Positions 37,901 to 51,644 of a DNA stretch of 64,000 bases are shown here, piece after piece. The stretch spans positions 15,004,142 to 15,068,141 of the forward strand of contig CAJINV010000001.1 of assembly GCA_905178155.1 (NCBI GenBank), in the 5' to 3' direction. Within the stretch, counting starts at the first letter, position 1, and each line of letters opens with the position of its first letter. The notes beneath the pieces are model-generated. The model was not told where the DNA came from. It searched no databases and saw only the letters and a program-made list of their open reading frames with translations. Source of the DNA: Amoebophrya sp. A120. Its lineage: Eukaryota > Protista > Dinoflagellata. The position numbers and the translations under genes were made by a program.

Positions 37901-39731
37901 GCTCGACTTTCGCCTCGTCTAGTCGCAGTACCGCGCTTTGCTCCGGGATAGTACTGGTGCCCGCTGCCGCTGGTGCGCCAAAGATGTTCATGTTGGTGGA
38001 CGAAGTGGCGGGCCGGGTGCCGACGATAATCCCTTCGCGGTCCTGCACCACCTCGGGCAGAGTGTAGTTCAATGGGTAGTTGTACGTAGGCCCCACTGTG
38101 TGCGCATGTGGCAGTGCTGCTTCCCGCTGTGGATCTCCTCCCCTTGCTGCGACCTTGCTGCCCGCACCCTGCTGGCCGCCACGACCGAAGTTATCTTGGA
38201 ACACGTCCAAGCTGGACCCATCAATCCCGGTCTTCGAAGAAGCCGCCCAGGCCCGGGAGGAGGAGCTGTGTGGGTGATTCGGAAAAGCCTGCATGGACGA
38301 GGGGGCTTGTCGCAGCACAAGTTTCTGTGGCGGCTGGTGCTCAACACCAGTCACCCCGACAGCAAAAGTCGTGGCCCAAAACTGCTCGTTTGCTGGCCCT
38401 GGCGCGTCCTCCGGCGTCGGGAAAAGATTGTCGGTTTTTTGCTGCGCGTTTCGCACCGAGGAGCTGCTGGGTACTACACCCAAGGATGTACCCATCGCTG
38501 TTAGGGAATAAATTCAGGTGCTTCATTTCTTCAGAGAATTAAATAAGTCCCGCTCTGCTCCCGTAGGTCAATTTAGCTAGTGATTCGATCAAAAATGAAT
38601 GAGAAAGAATAAAAGTGAACGTCGACTACAACGCGTCCTCTTACCTTGCTCCACTTGTTGCGCGGTACCGTAAAACTCGGTGAGCTCTTCGCGACAATAT
38701 GACAATTGTTGCTTGATGTCGGAGTGCCAACGCCAGGCCTCGACAATCTTCCCCCGAAGCTTCGTGAAGCGATGCACACACCGACCCCACTTGCGCGAGG
38801 TTGCTTCAACATCCTGAGCTGCTGTGCCGTCTTTGGAGGATTGCTGCTCGTCGTGCTCCACATCCTGCTTTGCACTATCCTTCAACGCGACCCTCTGCAA
38901 CGACTTTAGCGTGCCGCCACGACCGCGAGACCGCGGCGTAAACCCCGCCCGACTGCGTGCGCTTTTGCTTTCAAACGTTGGCAGCGGAGGTTTTTTCGTC
39001 AAAAAGGCGACCAGCTCGTTCTTTTTTTCCTGCTCTGGTAACCCTTTCTCCTCCTCGGCGGTATCACCGAATATGGAACCCGCGGGCATGGACCGCGCGC
39101 CCCGGCTTCTGAGGCGCCGCCCAGCTATCGGCGGCGGCTTCGAACCCGGCAAAAGCGGTGGCTTGTTCGAAAAAACTTCGTCTTCAAAACGATCCGCAAC
39201 GCCGGCGTTACTGCCTGTGGCTTCCTTTGCAGAGGAGAGAGGTAACAACTTCTTGCTGGTTCCTGGCGCGGCCGCCCGAAGATCGCTTCTTCCGGTCGCG
39301 GTCGGGAAACCGTAGACTTCGCGCACTGCTTTTTCGTTTTCCCGGTCGCCGCGCCACGACCGGTGACTCAGCTCCCCGACGGAATCGTAGAGGAGAGTAG
39401 AGCTGTCCCCCAGATGCATCCCCCCTCCGGATGAAAAAGGCGGAAGTCCCGCCGCATGGTTGTTGATTTTGGGTGGCCCAGCGGACCGCGTCAGGTGTTT
39501 CCGGGCCGAGAGAGACAGGTTCTGGAGCACTCGTTGTTGTCCGTTCACGGGCGTCTGGTCGACCATTGGTTGTTCCGCACCGCTGAGTCCGTCCGTCACG
39601 TCCCGAATCTTGTTGTAGATCCGCCATCGTTCCGAAGAGAAAAGTTCCTTCAGATCCATGCCAGAGTCCTTCGAACTTGCCGTCTTCCCATCGCGGATGG
39701 ATCCCCACCCGTTCCAGTCAAACGACGACAT
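25911..39731 (-). CDS. giant (>4000 aa) helical/low-complexity protein of unknown function
   Basis: ORFs 38589..39770, 36630..38495, 28894..36339, 26271..27506 and 25866..26126 join in frame. Joins use GT-AG introns (38498-38644, ~36579-36669, ~26169-26374) and removal of the 1.4-kb TIR element (PSAA|DAQEMQV). First ATG at 39731. Confidence 0.78.
27593..27700. repeat. 12-bp tandem array (GGTGCCGAAGCT), 9 units
   Basis: Five perfect units at 27629-27688, one near-perfect unit after them, and three progressively more diverged units before them. Confidence 0.92.
27987..28094. repeat. 108-nt near-perfect inverted repeat (hairpin)
   Basis: 53-nt arms at 27987-28039 and 28042-28094, 5 mismatches, 2-nt spacer (…CGGGCACCA CC TGGTGCCCG…). 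Confidence 0.93.
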
Positions 39732-40274
39732 CTTCGGAGGACGAACTGGAGATTCAACAAAAAAATCCAAATCTGCTCCCCGTGGTTAGGCTGCTCGTAC
39801 AACTCTGCGGCCCCCGCGCCATCTTGTTTTGTGGTCACATTATACCTGCAACGCGAATACGTCCGCCAAGGCCACCTCTCCTGTGCGCATCTAAACTTAC
39901 TTTAACACGTCGTTAAGAAGAATGATGTGGAAAACCTTCAAATAAACGAATGCAATTTATTTCCTCGGTCTCGACGCACGAAGAGAACTGTGTGAGTCTC
40001 CTCCCCTCCAAGAATGGTAGTACGCCAGTATGTCTAGAAAATAGCGGAAGCACGCAACAAAACCATGCGAACAAATGTTTCCCGTAATCAGCAAAGGTTG
40101 ATTCGAGCCTACAGCATCAACCTGCTCAGCAGCTGCCTTGATGTTGAGTACGTGTCTTGTAGATGAAGACCGCAGCCACGACGATGAGCATGTCATGAAG
40201 CGAAAGCGTCCATGGAAGGAATGAAAATGTCGCCAAGAATTCTATGTCGCATGAATGTATGAAAAGCTTTTTTC

Positions 40275-41112
40275 TCAATTCGCTGGGTAGCAGCGGCTGG
40301 AGCAGCTTTCTCGAAAGTCGTCGTATTCGAATTGCGACGGGCCGAAAGAGCTGAGAATGTGACCGCTGTTTTCGCCGGCTTCCTTGTTTTTCTCTTCCTG
40401 CTGTAGCTGCTTCTCCCTCGCTTGTCGTATACATTTCTCCGCCACCGAGTAAAAGAGAAACTGAATTGCGGAGCCGCCCTTTTTCGCGCTTGTGGTGAAA
40501 AATGGCATGCCCGCAGACTCGGCCCACCGACTCATCACGGCGAAGCGCTCGTTGCCACCTTCTTCTTGTATCAGGTCCTCCTTGCAGCCCACTAGGACGA
40601 AGCTGCAGCGGGGATTGTACTCCCAGACCTGCGATGGCGATGGATTTGCTTTTGCTATCTCGTGGTCTACTTCGGGAGCAATGGATTCAAATTTCACAGA
40701 AACAGTACAAGCACATGCAAGAAATCAAGGTGGAAAAGACAGCCATTTTTTTCCCTCTTCAAAACCTCACCTTTTTCTGCCACCATTTTATGTGGTCGAA
40801 GCTCGCCGGATTTGCGAGGTCGAAAACCAGTAAGCAGACGTCGCCGCATCGGTAGTAAGAGGCTGCCATGTCGGCGAATCGCTCCTGTCCGGCTGTGTCA
40901 TAGAGAAACAGGTACACCTCTGTGTCGTCCACAAAAACGCTCTTCTGGAGGCAGTCACATCCCAGTGTCGGCCCGTGAGAGGGATCGTCAGCGATGTATA
41001 CGTTCCGGACAAACCGTTCTATCAGGCAAGTTTTCCCCGTGTTCGCGGCACCAGCAACTATTACCTTTCCATTCACCTTCTTGGAACGCCCACCGCCGGA
41101 GCCGCCAGACAT
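40275..41112 (-). CDS. Rab-family small GTPase (Rab24-like features)
   Basis: Motifs GAANTGKT, PTLG, YDTAGQE, VGCKEDL and TSAK, plus C-terminal cysteines. Exons 41112-40771 and 40628-40275 (GT-AG). Confidence 0.9.
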
Positions 41113-41801
41113 TTTGTAGTTGCTGGGTGCTCTACTTTTGCTATGATAAAGAAAAACTTCTTCCTGTCATGGTGTCTATTGTAGCTGAAAACTTTTCTAC
41201 AAAGCTAAGCACTGCAATAAAAAAATGCTCTAGAAACGAAGTGACGTCCTGCAATAGGAATGAGTAGGAAATAAAGTTAGAACCGGAAGCAGAAGTGATA
41301 AAGCACAGACAAACACGGCAAGACCCTGCGCGTGACACAGAAAATGGATTTCGCTCTCGTCGAATGGGAAAATTCTTTCACACATAAAGATCTTTTGCGT
41401 TCGGTCTTCACCAAAAAAATCGAACTCAGCTTCGGTTACCAGCTCTGGTACACGTTAGATCTTCTCCTCGTAATTTTCAGCAATCCGTCCTTCGTTGGGG
41501 GACCGATAAATTCGAAAATTCCAAACACTCGACAACATGAAAACGGCACCAGGGCTGCGAACTCATGCGGCGGTTGAGAAAGAGGCCCATGCTCGATCCT
41601 TTTCCTTCCAGCAAAAAGGAAATGAAGATGAATTCTGCGAAAACAAACTTCTTCGTAAAAGCTTGAGTTTTACCAGCGCGATGCGTCACGTTTGATTTCT
41701 TCAGTCTCTGCTGGGCATCATTTGTCACACACATGAGCTCTGCGGCGGACCACACTTACCCTCTACACTACCTGCTTCTTGTCCCGGTTCCCAACATAAT
41801 C

Positions 41802-44338
41802 TTATGCTGGCGCGAAGCTCAACATCCCATGCTGGTGTCGCCTGCTGTCGTGCTGGTGCATTCTTTTCAGCTTCTGCGTTTCGGTGTTGTACTTGTACGC
41901 TGACTTTCTCTGGCTGTAGTCGACAGACCGCAAGTTCGGGTCCATACGTCCGTAAGACCGGCTCCTGCCCCCGTCCTGCGCGATCCTTTCCTTCCGAGCC
42001 TGCCGCCGGGCCTTCCGCTGTTGCCGCCGCGCTTCGGTCATTGTGGAAGGGGATTCGCTGACCCGGTCGTCGTCGTAATATGTCTTCATGTACTGTTTCA
42101 ACAAGGACTCTTTGTCGACTGCACTGGTGGCCCGCCTTCCGTCGTTCGGCGTGCTACCGACGGAAGTTGTCCTGTCCATCGCGTTAAAGTTGAAACCGGA
42201 CAAACCACCGAGCTGCAGCCCGGGCACCATCGCCAGCGGATCGTCGCCCGCGCGGCCGGACAGCGCCTCGCGGAAATCCAAATCCGTGCGCCAGTGAATG
42301 TCGTCGTCCGCATCGTCGTGGTAGGAGTAGTAGTTGTTGTGTTCCTTGTCGTCCGCAATCATGGTGTGGTGCTTCTGGTAGGGTTCCCGTTTGTACAGGT
42401 GATGCATGTACGCGGTGTCCACGCGGCCCGGACTCGTGCCCCGGCCCCCGTAGGCGTAGGGACTTTCGATGATCCGCCGGGCGCGCCGGGTCCCGAGTTC
42501 GGCGTACGGGTCGTCGTAGTTGCCCGAGTCGGGGACGATGCGGTGCCGCAGCTCGGCAACCCACTTACCGCTGGGCTCGTCATAAATCCACGTGGGCTGC
42601 GCCTCATATAAGTGCGCGCCTTCCGGACGCCACGTACGAACCTGGGAATAGTGCAATTTTTCATACCGGTTGAGAAGATGGGCCATGACAAACACGCACT
42701 GAAATCTACAACCTCAACCTACAAATTGAAAAATCAAAATAAAAAGCAACCATACTCTGCAGAAAATGTTAACTGTACCATCACAATCACAGGAGGTTTT
42801 TCCGTAATCAAGGTCCGTTCGTCTTGGTCGCCATCTTCGATGTCCAGCGTCGGCAACTCGCCGGGTGCGACCGGCTCGTTCCCACCAGACCCCGTGGACT
42901 GCATGGGGTCTCCGAACCCCGACCCGGGCGCCGCTGCCGGCATGTCAGAGTTGAGCTCTCGAGGATCGACGTTACCGCCTCGCCGATCCTTCGTAATGGT
43001 GAGTTTCTTGTTATTCCCACCGTCGTACACATCTCCGCGATGGTTCACCATCAGGGGCACACCCCCGCCGGACCCGACACCCCCGCCGGACGCAACACCC
43101 CCGCCGGAACCGCCGGAGCTGCCCATGTTGCTCATAACGAAGTCGCCACTGCCCCCGCCAACTTGCGCCGTGGATCCCAGCTGGAAAGACTGCATCTGTT
43201 GCATCATGGACGGCACACTAGACGCCATGGACGGAGGCCCGCCCATCGCGAAAGATTGCATCGGCGGAGCGTGCATGGCCGCGGAGGTGGGCGCGAAGGA
43301 GGTGATGTTCGGGTCCTGCGTGCCCATCCGGACCTGCTGCTCCTGACTGTCCGCCGCCAGGTGCATGACGTTTGGCGGCGCCTGCTGCGGCAACTCGTGT
43401 AGGCTGCTCGGCAGACGCTCCTCTACAGCCGCTTGGTCCATTGTTCCTGAACCCATCCCGGACCCTAACCGCAATTCGTCCTTCGTGGAGGCACGCACCG
43501 CTTCCACGAAACTTACCCGCTTCGCCTCGGCGGACTGCAGTTCGGTCAAGCTCTGCGGCTGCAACGATCCCATCATCGCACCGGAGTTGATCTTCTTGGT
43601 CTCACCCGATGCAAACCCACCGCCAGAAGACAGTCTAGGCGCCGCGCCTTGTCCTGCCAGGAAGGGCGGCTTCTCGCTGCTGAGCCGTTGCCTCTCACCG
43701 CTCAGCCGCACCTTCTCGGCACTCGAGCCCGGTCCGGAACTTGCGCGGACCTGCTTACTTGAAGAATTCGGCGAATTGCTCAGCCGGACAGAAGCGCCAG
43801 CAGCCCCTGCTGGACTACTGCCGGATCCGAGGTTGTTGTTCATACCGGATCCCATACCGCTACCCATGCCGCGCACAGAACCACTACCCATTTGACTACC
43901 CATTTGACGCGCGGATCCCATGCCGCTCCCCATCTGTTGACGCGCGGAGCCCATCGCACTACCCACTCCGCGCGCAGAACTACCGGGCCCGCGGGAACTC
44001 GGCGTGCTGGCATTGTAACTGCCCGGCTCTTGTTGCTCGTAGTCAACGTCCTCACTGGGCCGTTTGGGCCTTCTTCTCGACCCCCTAAAATTGTTCTCTG
44101 CCGTTGCTCTGGCTTTCTCCGCCTGCGCTGCTTTTTGCGACTGCCGCTCTATAACCGATTCCTTTGCCGACTGTAGTCGCGAGTGCTTCGTCTGGTATGC
44201 CTGGGACAGCCGTTCCTGCGCCGACGGCCGGTCCTCTTGTTTTCCTGAGGACTGTCGCGCAGATCGCCGTGATTGCCGCTGCGGCTCAGGCTCTGGCGGA
44301 GCCGGCGGCTCCTCTTCCTTTGACTCTTCGCCGCCCAT
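41802..44338 (-). CDS. hypothetical two-exon Met/Gly/Ser-rich protein
   Basis: ORFs 42734..44338 and 41802..42695 join at a GT-AG intron (PPVIVM|CVFVMAHLL). No domain recognised. Confidence 0.72.
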
Positions 44339-45061
44339 TTGTTGCCGCCGTCCCCGTCGCTTTTGTTTTTAGAACAAATTCGTTTATAGAAGCGTATTCG
44401 TCGTGATTCAAGTCAGTATCTGAAAAAATGGTTAACACAGGTGATGTTGGAGATGAATCAGACACAAAATAACTGGAAACTCCAAAAAATCTCTGCAGAT
44501 TGGGGTACAATCTTTGCTGAAAAGAAGAACCTTCGGGGGGAAAGCAAAACTGGGAAGCAACTGCAAGTGAAGATTGTATATAAGCGGAGCAACGTGACGG
44601 ATACACGACTTCTTGTTTGCGTACTTACGGCAATCTGCTTCCAAATCCAGAACGTGAATGTACGACAATTACGACCGATGACGCTTGAACATATCGCTAG
44701 ACAAACAAAATGAACGACACGAAACCGAAAAGTTTTTCCACAAAGGAGCTGCTGCGGAACCGACAGGCATCTATCTAGTAAACCGCCGCCAAACTGTGTC
44801 GGCACCGAAAAACGACATCGCAACAAACCGAAAGCATATACATACTTATTGTAAGACGCAAGTAGCAGAAGCACAAACGTCCGGCTAACACGTTGACAAG
44901 CTTACGGCGTCATCGTCTTTCCTTTCACAAACACAAGTAGTCTGCGTCACAATGATGTACGAATCACTGTTGTCAAGCGTACGTCTCTACGATGCGTATG
45001 CGCGTATTGCATAGATGAGAGGATGTTTATGTGCAATGCGTCGCCATCTCTATTTCGTGGT

Positions 45062-46666
45062 TTAGTCCGAATCCGAATCAAACGACATGGCTTTGTTGTC
45101 AGCCTTGACAATCGCGCCCTGTCTGTGCGGAGCTTGCGACGCCATAAAGGATTCGTGGTTTCCTTTCTGTCTCTTCGCATCAGCGGCTGCGCGCTTGTCT
45201 TCCGAAGTTGCAACCTTGTTCTCCGCTGGTCGCTTCTTGCTCGGCTGTTTGAATTCAGTCTCTGCAGTGCTTTTCTCTACTGACTTTCGCTCCGGAGCAG
45301 CTCCGCTGTCTGACACCTTTTTCTCACCAACTGGCTTCGCCTTCTTCTCGTCCCGGGCAGGTTCCGTGGTTTCCGCGACAGAACTGCTTCTATTTACCTC
45401 GGTTCTAGTCGCTTGCTCAGTTGTTTCCTCGTTTTTTGTCTCCTTCTTCGTTTGTTCACCCTTGCCGGCAGCGCCCTTGCCCTTGCCCTTTCCCGAGTCG
45501 CCTTTCCCACCTTTGCCTTTGCCCTTCGAAGCGCCCTTGCTGTTGCCCTTAATGGTCTTTTTACCCTTTCCCTTTCCCATCCCGGCTTTACTCCCCTTTA
45601 TCTGTTTTTTGTCCGCGGCGGCTTCTAGACTGTCGAATTTGTCGCGATTCTTCTTCACTTTGTCGTCAATGTACTTGCGCATGTACTTCCGCCGGGCCGC
45701 GGACTCGGGGCTGTCCTGCTTCGGAAACAAGGACAAGTACGGGACGTAGTGGGGAAACTTCTTCACGTAGCGGGTGTCGGCCTCGGCTTCGGCGAGAGCT
45801 GTTTTTTCACAAATTGTAATTGAGAACCAGATCCAGAAACAAGTCGTGCCCGATCATTATCTTTCATTCTACCTATGCATACTCTAAACGCTGCGCTACA
45901 TGCAGGAACAATAATTCATGCGCGCGCGAAAAGACTTATTCATACTGCAAGAAATCACACTTGCAATCTTCAGTATACCTGTCCTCGCGCTCGCCTCCTT
46001 CTCTGAATCGTTTTCCTCGAGCGCAGCCATCACTTTTTTTCGGGCTTTCTCCGCGTTCTTTTCCGATTTTTTCCGCTCCAGGAACCGGATCATTCGGTAC
46101 TTCTGTTCGTACTCCTCGATGATTTTCTCTTTCTGTTTCTCGTCCGCGTTTTCGTACTTGCGGAGCGCGCGAAAGGTATAACTGTCCGGGGTCAGCTCCT
46201 TCTCGCCCACCCAGTGCGTCTTGGTTTGCCGATTCTTCTTTTTCGAAGTGGAATTGGCATTGTTTTGGTTCTTTTCCGCGTGGCCCTTCTTTTCATCGGC
46301 CTTGCTCTTTTTCACTTTTTTCTTCTTTCCCGAAGAAGAGGTGGCTGCTGAGGCGGCGTTTTCGGACTGGTCTCTATTTTCTGCATTCCCGGCGTCCTTC
46401 TCTATCTGTTCTCCGGAACTGTCGCCACCTTGTTCCATTTTCACGTCCGCAGCATTGTTCGCACTTTCCTCGGCCCTCGCTTGGCTGAGATTGCCTGGCC
46501 TCTGTTCGTCGTCTCCTTCCACTGCTGTAGTTGCTTTCGCCTTCTTTTTCTTTTTTGCCTTCTTCACAACTGCAGTGCTGTCGTCCTTCGTGGTAGCATC
46601 CTTGGTCTCTATCTCAACCGGGTCTGCCCCTTGCAGGCTGTCCTCGGCAACAGTTTCTTTTGCCAT
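45062..46666 (-). CDS. EFG1: rRNA-processing protein Efg1
   Basis: KYRMIRFLERKK and, after a GT-AG intron, ADTRYVKKFPHYVPYLSLFP match Efg1 motifs. Lys-rich nucleolar-type flanks. Confidence 0.8.
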
Positions 46667-47477
46667 TTTCGGCGTCTCTGATTTGATTCAATAGCAGGTT
46701 TGAAATCACTGAAACTTCTAGCAAGTTTCGGTTTTGTCAATAAAATCTGCTACTGCTTCGAAGGTGGATACTACCCAGATGAAAAGTATTCACTTCTAAT
46801 TCTAGCTCTAACGCTTGTGCCTTAAGCATCAAAACATTGCTGAAATACGAAACTCTGTCCTCATTCCTGAAAAGTTTAGAAATCGTGAAAGGCGTATTTT
46901 GCAAATGACGCGATCAATATTTCCAGAACGAGCTGGGCCTTGGTTTCGCCGTCGTATGATGATTGGTACTCTTTGATCATGATCTTTCTTGTCAATGGCA
47001 AGATTGGGCATGATCGCGAATTTCAGATCGTCAAGAAATCCGGAAGAGATCAATCTAAGTATTTCATCTTCGCTTCCACCTAGTCATTTTCTATCAGATC
47101 GGAACGAATGCTGTTCGCTACTCATACTCGCTCACGGATCTGATGACAAGAGGGCTTCTCCCTGCTTTGTGGGCAGCGACTCGGATAACCAGCAACAGCT
47201 GCGGCAGAGATTTTTCCCATCGAGAGCACAACGACTACCGGAGTGACTGTGCCAGTTCAGGTACTGGTAATTCCAACCATGTCAATTACTTGGTCATTTA
47301 CTCATCATGAACTCATGATAAACTGTTCATTAACATCAACCCCATAAGGACCTCCAGATGACTAGCAGACTACTTTACGTACTGCGCATTTGATTTTGTG
47401 AACTCTTGTCGCTTCTGTTAAAGGTGCTTACTCAATTATGTTGGCGTTAGGAGAGCCTGGGCCTTTGGTAAGATTCA

Positions 47478-47789
47478 TCAAACACCGGGCGGGGTTGGCA
47501 ATCTAGCCTCATTTTGGCCTGTCTCGAGGTTCATTCGAATTTCCAGACCCGGTGGCACCATCTGGTCCTCTGCGACGACTTTCCACTCATATGAGGGATA
47601 GAATGGCCGCTTTTTGGGCACCGACTTTTGCTGCTGTTCGGGCACCGGGTTTGGCCGCTTCGCCTCGGGCTCCTCCTCCGTCGCCACAATGTAGACCGCA
47701 ACTGCAAAAATGGCGCACCCGATGGTAGCCAACACTGCTAGAGTCGCGGAACTCACCGAAGACCGGCTGTCACCAGAAGACATCGCCAT
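47478..47789 (-). CDS. small membrane-anchored protein with a SIL1/BAP N-terminal-like motif
   Basis: Hydrophobic segment LAVLATIGCAIFAVAVYIVA, then FYPSYEWKVVAEDQMVPPGLEIRMNLETGQNEARL, then a stop shortly after. Confidence 0.78.
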   Translation of the reverse strand: MAMSSGDSRSSVSSATLAVLATIGCAIFAVAVYIVATEEEPEAKRPNPVPEQQQKSVPKKRPFYPSYEWKVVAEDQMVPPGLEIRMNLETGQNEARLPTPPGV

Positions 47790-49025
47790 CACATTAGTAC
47801 TTAGTTGGAACGTCACGGTGGAAAAAAAAATATTCGTATGTAGCGGGTTCCAGTCGGTTTTGATTTAGGACTTATGCAGTTACTCAGGAAAAAAAAAGAA
47901 AAACGAGACTGGACGATAATATCGGACGCGGCTAAGTGAGAAAAGGCCGACATCCGTCAAGTTTTCAAAAAAAAGCTTTTTTACTTCAAACTACTTCGTC
48001 CTGCGTAGCTTTTGGGTAGCCAAAGCACAATCAAGAAAATGAAAAACTATCCTGCTTCTGGCGGCCACAAATAACGAAAAAAAATCCTCATTTTCTCCCA
48101 GCACTTGGTAGGTTCGTGACCTCTACGCGACTGCAGCTGTGCCACAAGGGACACGAGGCAAAGAGCGAACCACCTTCGATGCTGATGACGACTCCATTTT
48201 ATCGCACAGATCTAGCTCGAAGTGCCAGGAAATGGAACACTGAATTCATTCCCACACAAAAAAAAACATGAGCAAAACCTTTCTCGTCTTGCCTTTATTC
48301 TTCGTTGGCGTCGCAGTCGCATCTCAGTCTCACACCACTTACACATTGCGATGTCATGTGTCGAGCGTCCCGCTGCCGCTTGTTGGTGCTGCCGGCAGGA
48401 CATTCATTTTTATCACGTTGTACGATTGTTAAGCCGCGTAGGTGATTTTACCCACATCAGGGTTGTTGATGTTGTATGTATGGGGGTTGTAGTGAAAACA
48501 AGATTCGAATACGGATAAGGCGTCTTTTCTTGGGGTAGAGCGGGGAAAAAATGGTTCCGGACTTAAGCTCGAGGGCGGAAGGTTTTAGAAACCTTCAAAC
48601 CTTCGATCTCAAATCCACAAAAGTGGTACTATCAAAACAGAACTAACAACACGTAGTTCATGCAGATGGTGCAGAACATAATTTCCCGGAGAGGCACGTT
48701 GGGGCGCGCTTTTTTCAACTTTCCACAAATCGTTGGAAAAAACCCAAACTTTCTTCAGGAAGAGCGCACATCGTGGAAGATCAGATTACAAAATTGCGGC
48801 ACGTGCCGAAAAATAGTAAAAAATGTAGGGACTTAGGCAGTAAAGAGACGGGCGGGGTACGGCTACAATATTGTTGTCTGAACGGTCAGACCAGCTGAGT
48901 CGCCTGCTTAACTTCGAAGTAGTTAGTTTTGAATGTAAGAATAAGGAAGTAAAATGGCTATGCATGTTTGTGTTTGCGCAGCAGCTGCACATCGCGGCCG
49001 GAGCTGAGGGGAACCTGCCACATTG

Positions 49026-51644
49026 CTATCCAGGTACGCTTCCGAGCGAGCCGCCCGAGACATTGTTCGGGTTATTCATTTTTCGCAGTTTGATAGCCCG
49101 CATTACCTTCTTCTTGAGCTCCCGTGCGTAAAATTGCCGCTTTACGCAGTCACGCACCTCCAGCAACCACGCGTCCACGGTGAGGGTCTTTTCCTTCAGG
49201 CTTTCGTCCAACTGACTCAGACTGTCTTCCAATGCGCAGTCCTCGGCAATAAGGTCCACAAGTTGCCTGCTCAAAACGTCGCGTGGCTCGAGAAATTCGT
49301 CAATGTTCACGTCCTTCTCGTCCTCCGCTCTCTTGATAGCCTGTTTTTGGTTTTTTCTTTTTGTGATTCATATCCATCTTCAAAACTTCTTCCTTTGACT
49401 CGCTGAATTCAAATCAAGTAGTAACAGCAAACCCAAAAATCCTAAAAGACGATGAAGAATAAGTAAATCTCTACCGCCTGCAACGCGAGCTTTGTCTGCT
49501 CGAGTTCTTCGATTATTTGGTCCTGCTTCTTGGCTTCCGCTTCTAGATCCTGCACCGTGTTGCGCAGCTGGTTGCCATGTTGCTGCAATTTTTCGCCAAC
49601 GTCAAGCTGTTCCTGAATGGATGCGACGACCTGAAAAATATTGCGTATTCTTATAATTCTACGCACTTCTATTCTAGACGGTGTAGAAAATGTTGTTCGG
49701 TCCACCTAGTCGGTAACCACGTCGGTACAACATACACATAGAAATAAACGTGCATGACAGTTGAAGCAGTAACATCACCAGAAAAAAAGAACGTCGTCGA
49801 ATTTTCATACCGGCCTGAGCACCACTGGGAGATCGCGATGCACACGCGCTGTGACGGCGGCTTGCAGCTGCTGTTGCCGCGAGAACTCGCCGGAAACACC
49901 GGCAGCACTCGCGTTCATTAGCTGCTGCTGCTGCTGCACCTGTGCATTTTGTAGTATCGGCGGGGTGCCCATTGGTGGTGGTTGCTGCATCGCACCCAAT
50001 GCTGGCAGCATTTGCGGTGGCTGTGCGGTGTTTACGGAAAACTGCTGCCCGGGCTGCAACTGTATCATCTGGTCTGGCGGATACACCATAGGTAGACCAC
50101 CTGTCTGTTGCTGCGGTTGTATCCCTGACATACTGGTATTACCGCCAGAAGATGCACCGACCGGTGGTCCCATCAGCGAAACGCCGCTGGCGCTGCCTTG
50201 CCTGTTCGGCATGACATTCTGGAACTGATTCATCATCGGCTGTTGCTGCTGCATCATATTACTAGTTCCGCCCATGCTGGGTGGCGTACTTCTTCCCTGG
50301 GCGGAGTGCTGCTGAATCCCGCTGTAGCTGCTGTGCATCCCACCTCCTCCCCCGGGAAGCCCGCCGACGGCAAGCGGGTGGAAGTTGGGATTAGGTACAG
50401 GGCTGTTCGTAAAGCTGTACGACAGCGGTTGCCCGGTCGCGGGATTTACCCCGATCGCCGCACCAGACTGCGACACCCCGGTGTAAGAATAGCCTGTGTT
50501 ATTTGTCGGATTGTTGTAGCCGGACAAACTCTGGGACAACTGTCCTTGCTGCGGTGGTGGAACACCACTCATACTATTGTTTCCAGGTGGACCTCCACCA
50601 GCTCCACCAACCGCCCGCATCATGGAAATCTGGTCGGAAAGCTGCGAAACTGTGTGTTGCGCGGCATTGCTGGCGGAAGAGGCACCAGCGGTAGTACCTC
50701 CTGCTCCGCCCGAAATAGACTGTGAGGGCATCGTGACAGGCATCGTGGCTCCTCCTCCGCTGGGTACGGATAAACTCTGCGGAATCGCGGCTCGCTGCGC
50801 GGCTGAGGGCAGGCCGGAATTCGGCTGACGGACTCCGCTGAGGGACATGTTGGACATGGGGGGCGCATTGGCCACGATCCCACTGCCGGACGTGCTCTGG
50901 TTCGGATTCCCACCATATTGCTGCGCCGGTCGCGGTTGAGACGAGGCACTGGCGGTAGCAAACACGGGAGGATCTTCCCCGAACACCTAAAGATATTTTA
51001 GCAGAAATTATGATTATCTAGGAGGTACCCTGTTGATTGAACAAATTTCAAACTAAAAGCATTCTTTACGAACGTTGTCTCTCTCTCAAGTACAACTTTG
51101 AGTAGGAAGTACTTACCTGTTGCATGCAAGCGATCAGTTCCCCGCAAGTGCATGCCATCTGCCACTGGTTCAGATAGGGCAAATACACCATTCCAGTTCG
51201 GTCTACGTGATTATGCCGGTCTTTGATCCGCATCCCATCGCTGGGCGTGATAAAACACCTTGGAGGTTTGGAAGGGTAGGGCGGGTCAAAGTACATCGTG
51301 AGCGGGATGTTGTACCGTCCCCCCTTGTACTGAATGGGAAACGTCCCCCCGAGCACGAACAGCTGCACCGTCGCGCCGTTGGGGGAGCCAAAATGCTTGA
51401 CGTGGGGCTTTAGCGTGCGAATCTGGTTCAGGAGAAACGTGACGTCGGCTGTGAGCCGTGGCAAATTGGTGTATGCGGGCAGCTGAGCGAGACAAGCCTC
51501 CAGTGGTTGCTGCGCACCACCAGCAAAGCCCTGCTGCATCTGTGGCGGCCCCTGTTGTGGGTTGGGCTGCATCTGTGGTTGCTGCGGGTTGGGCTGCAGC
51601 TGCTGCTGCGGCATCCCCGCTTGGACTCCGGATATGGAAGACAT
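49026..51644 (-). CDS. TSG101: ESCRT-I subunit TSG101/Vps23
   Basis: UEV domain (GTFPIQYKGGRYNIP...PYPSKPP...HVDRTGMVYLPYLNQW|VFGEDPPVF), long P/Q/G-rich linker, coiled coil, and steadiness box (AEDCALED...WLLEVRDCVKRQFYAR). Four exons, GT-AG. Confidence 0.93.

Noticed and set aside
20311-46694. Many long plus-strand ORFs (e.g. 20311..21279, 36104..36952, 45087..45749)
   Set aside because: They are antisense shadows of GC-rich minus-strand exons and contain no recognisable domains.
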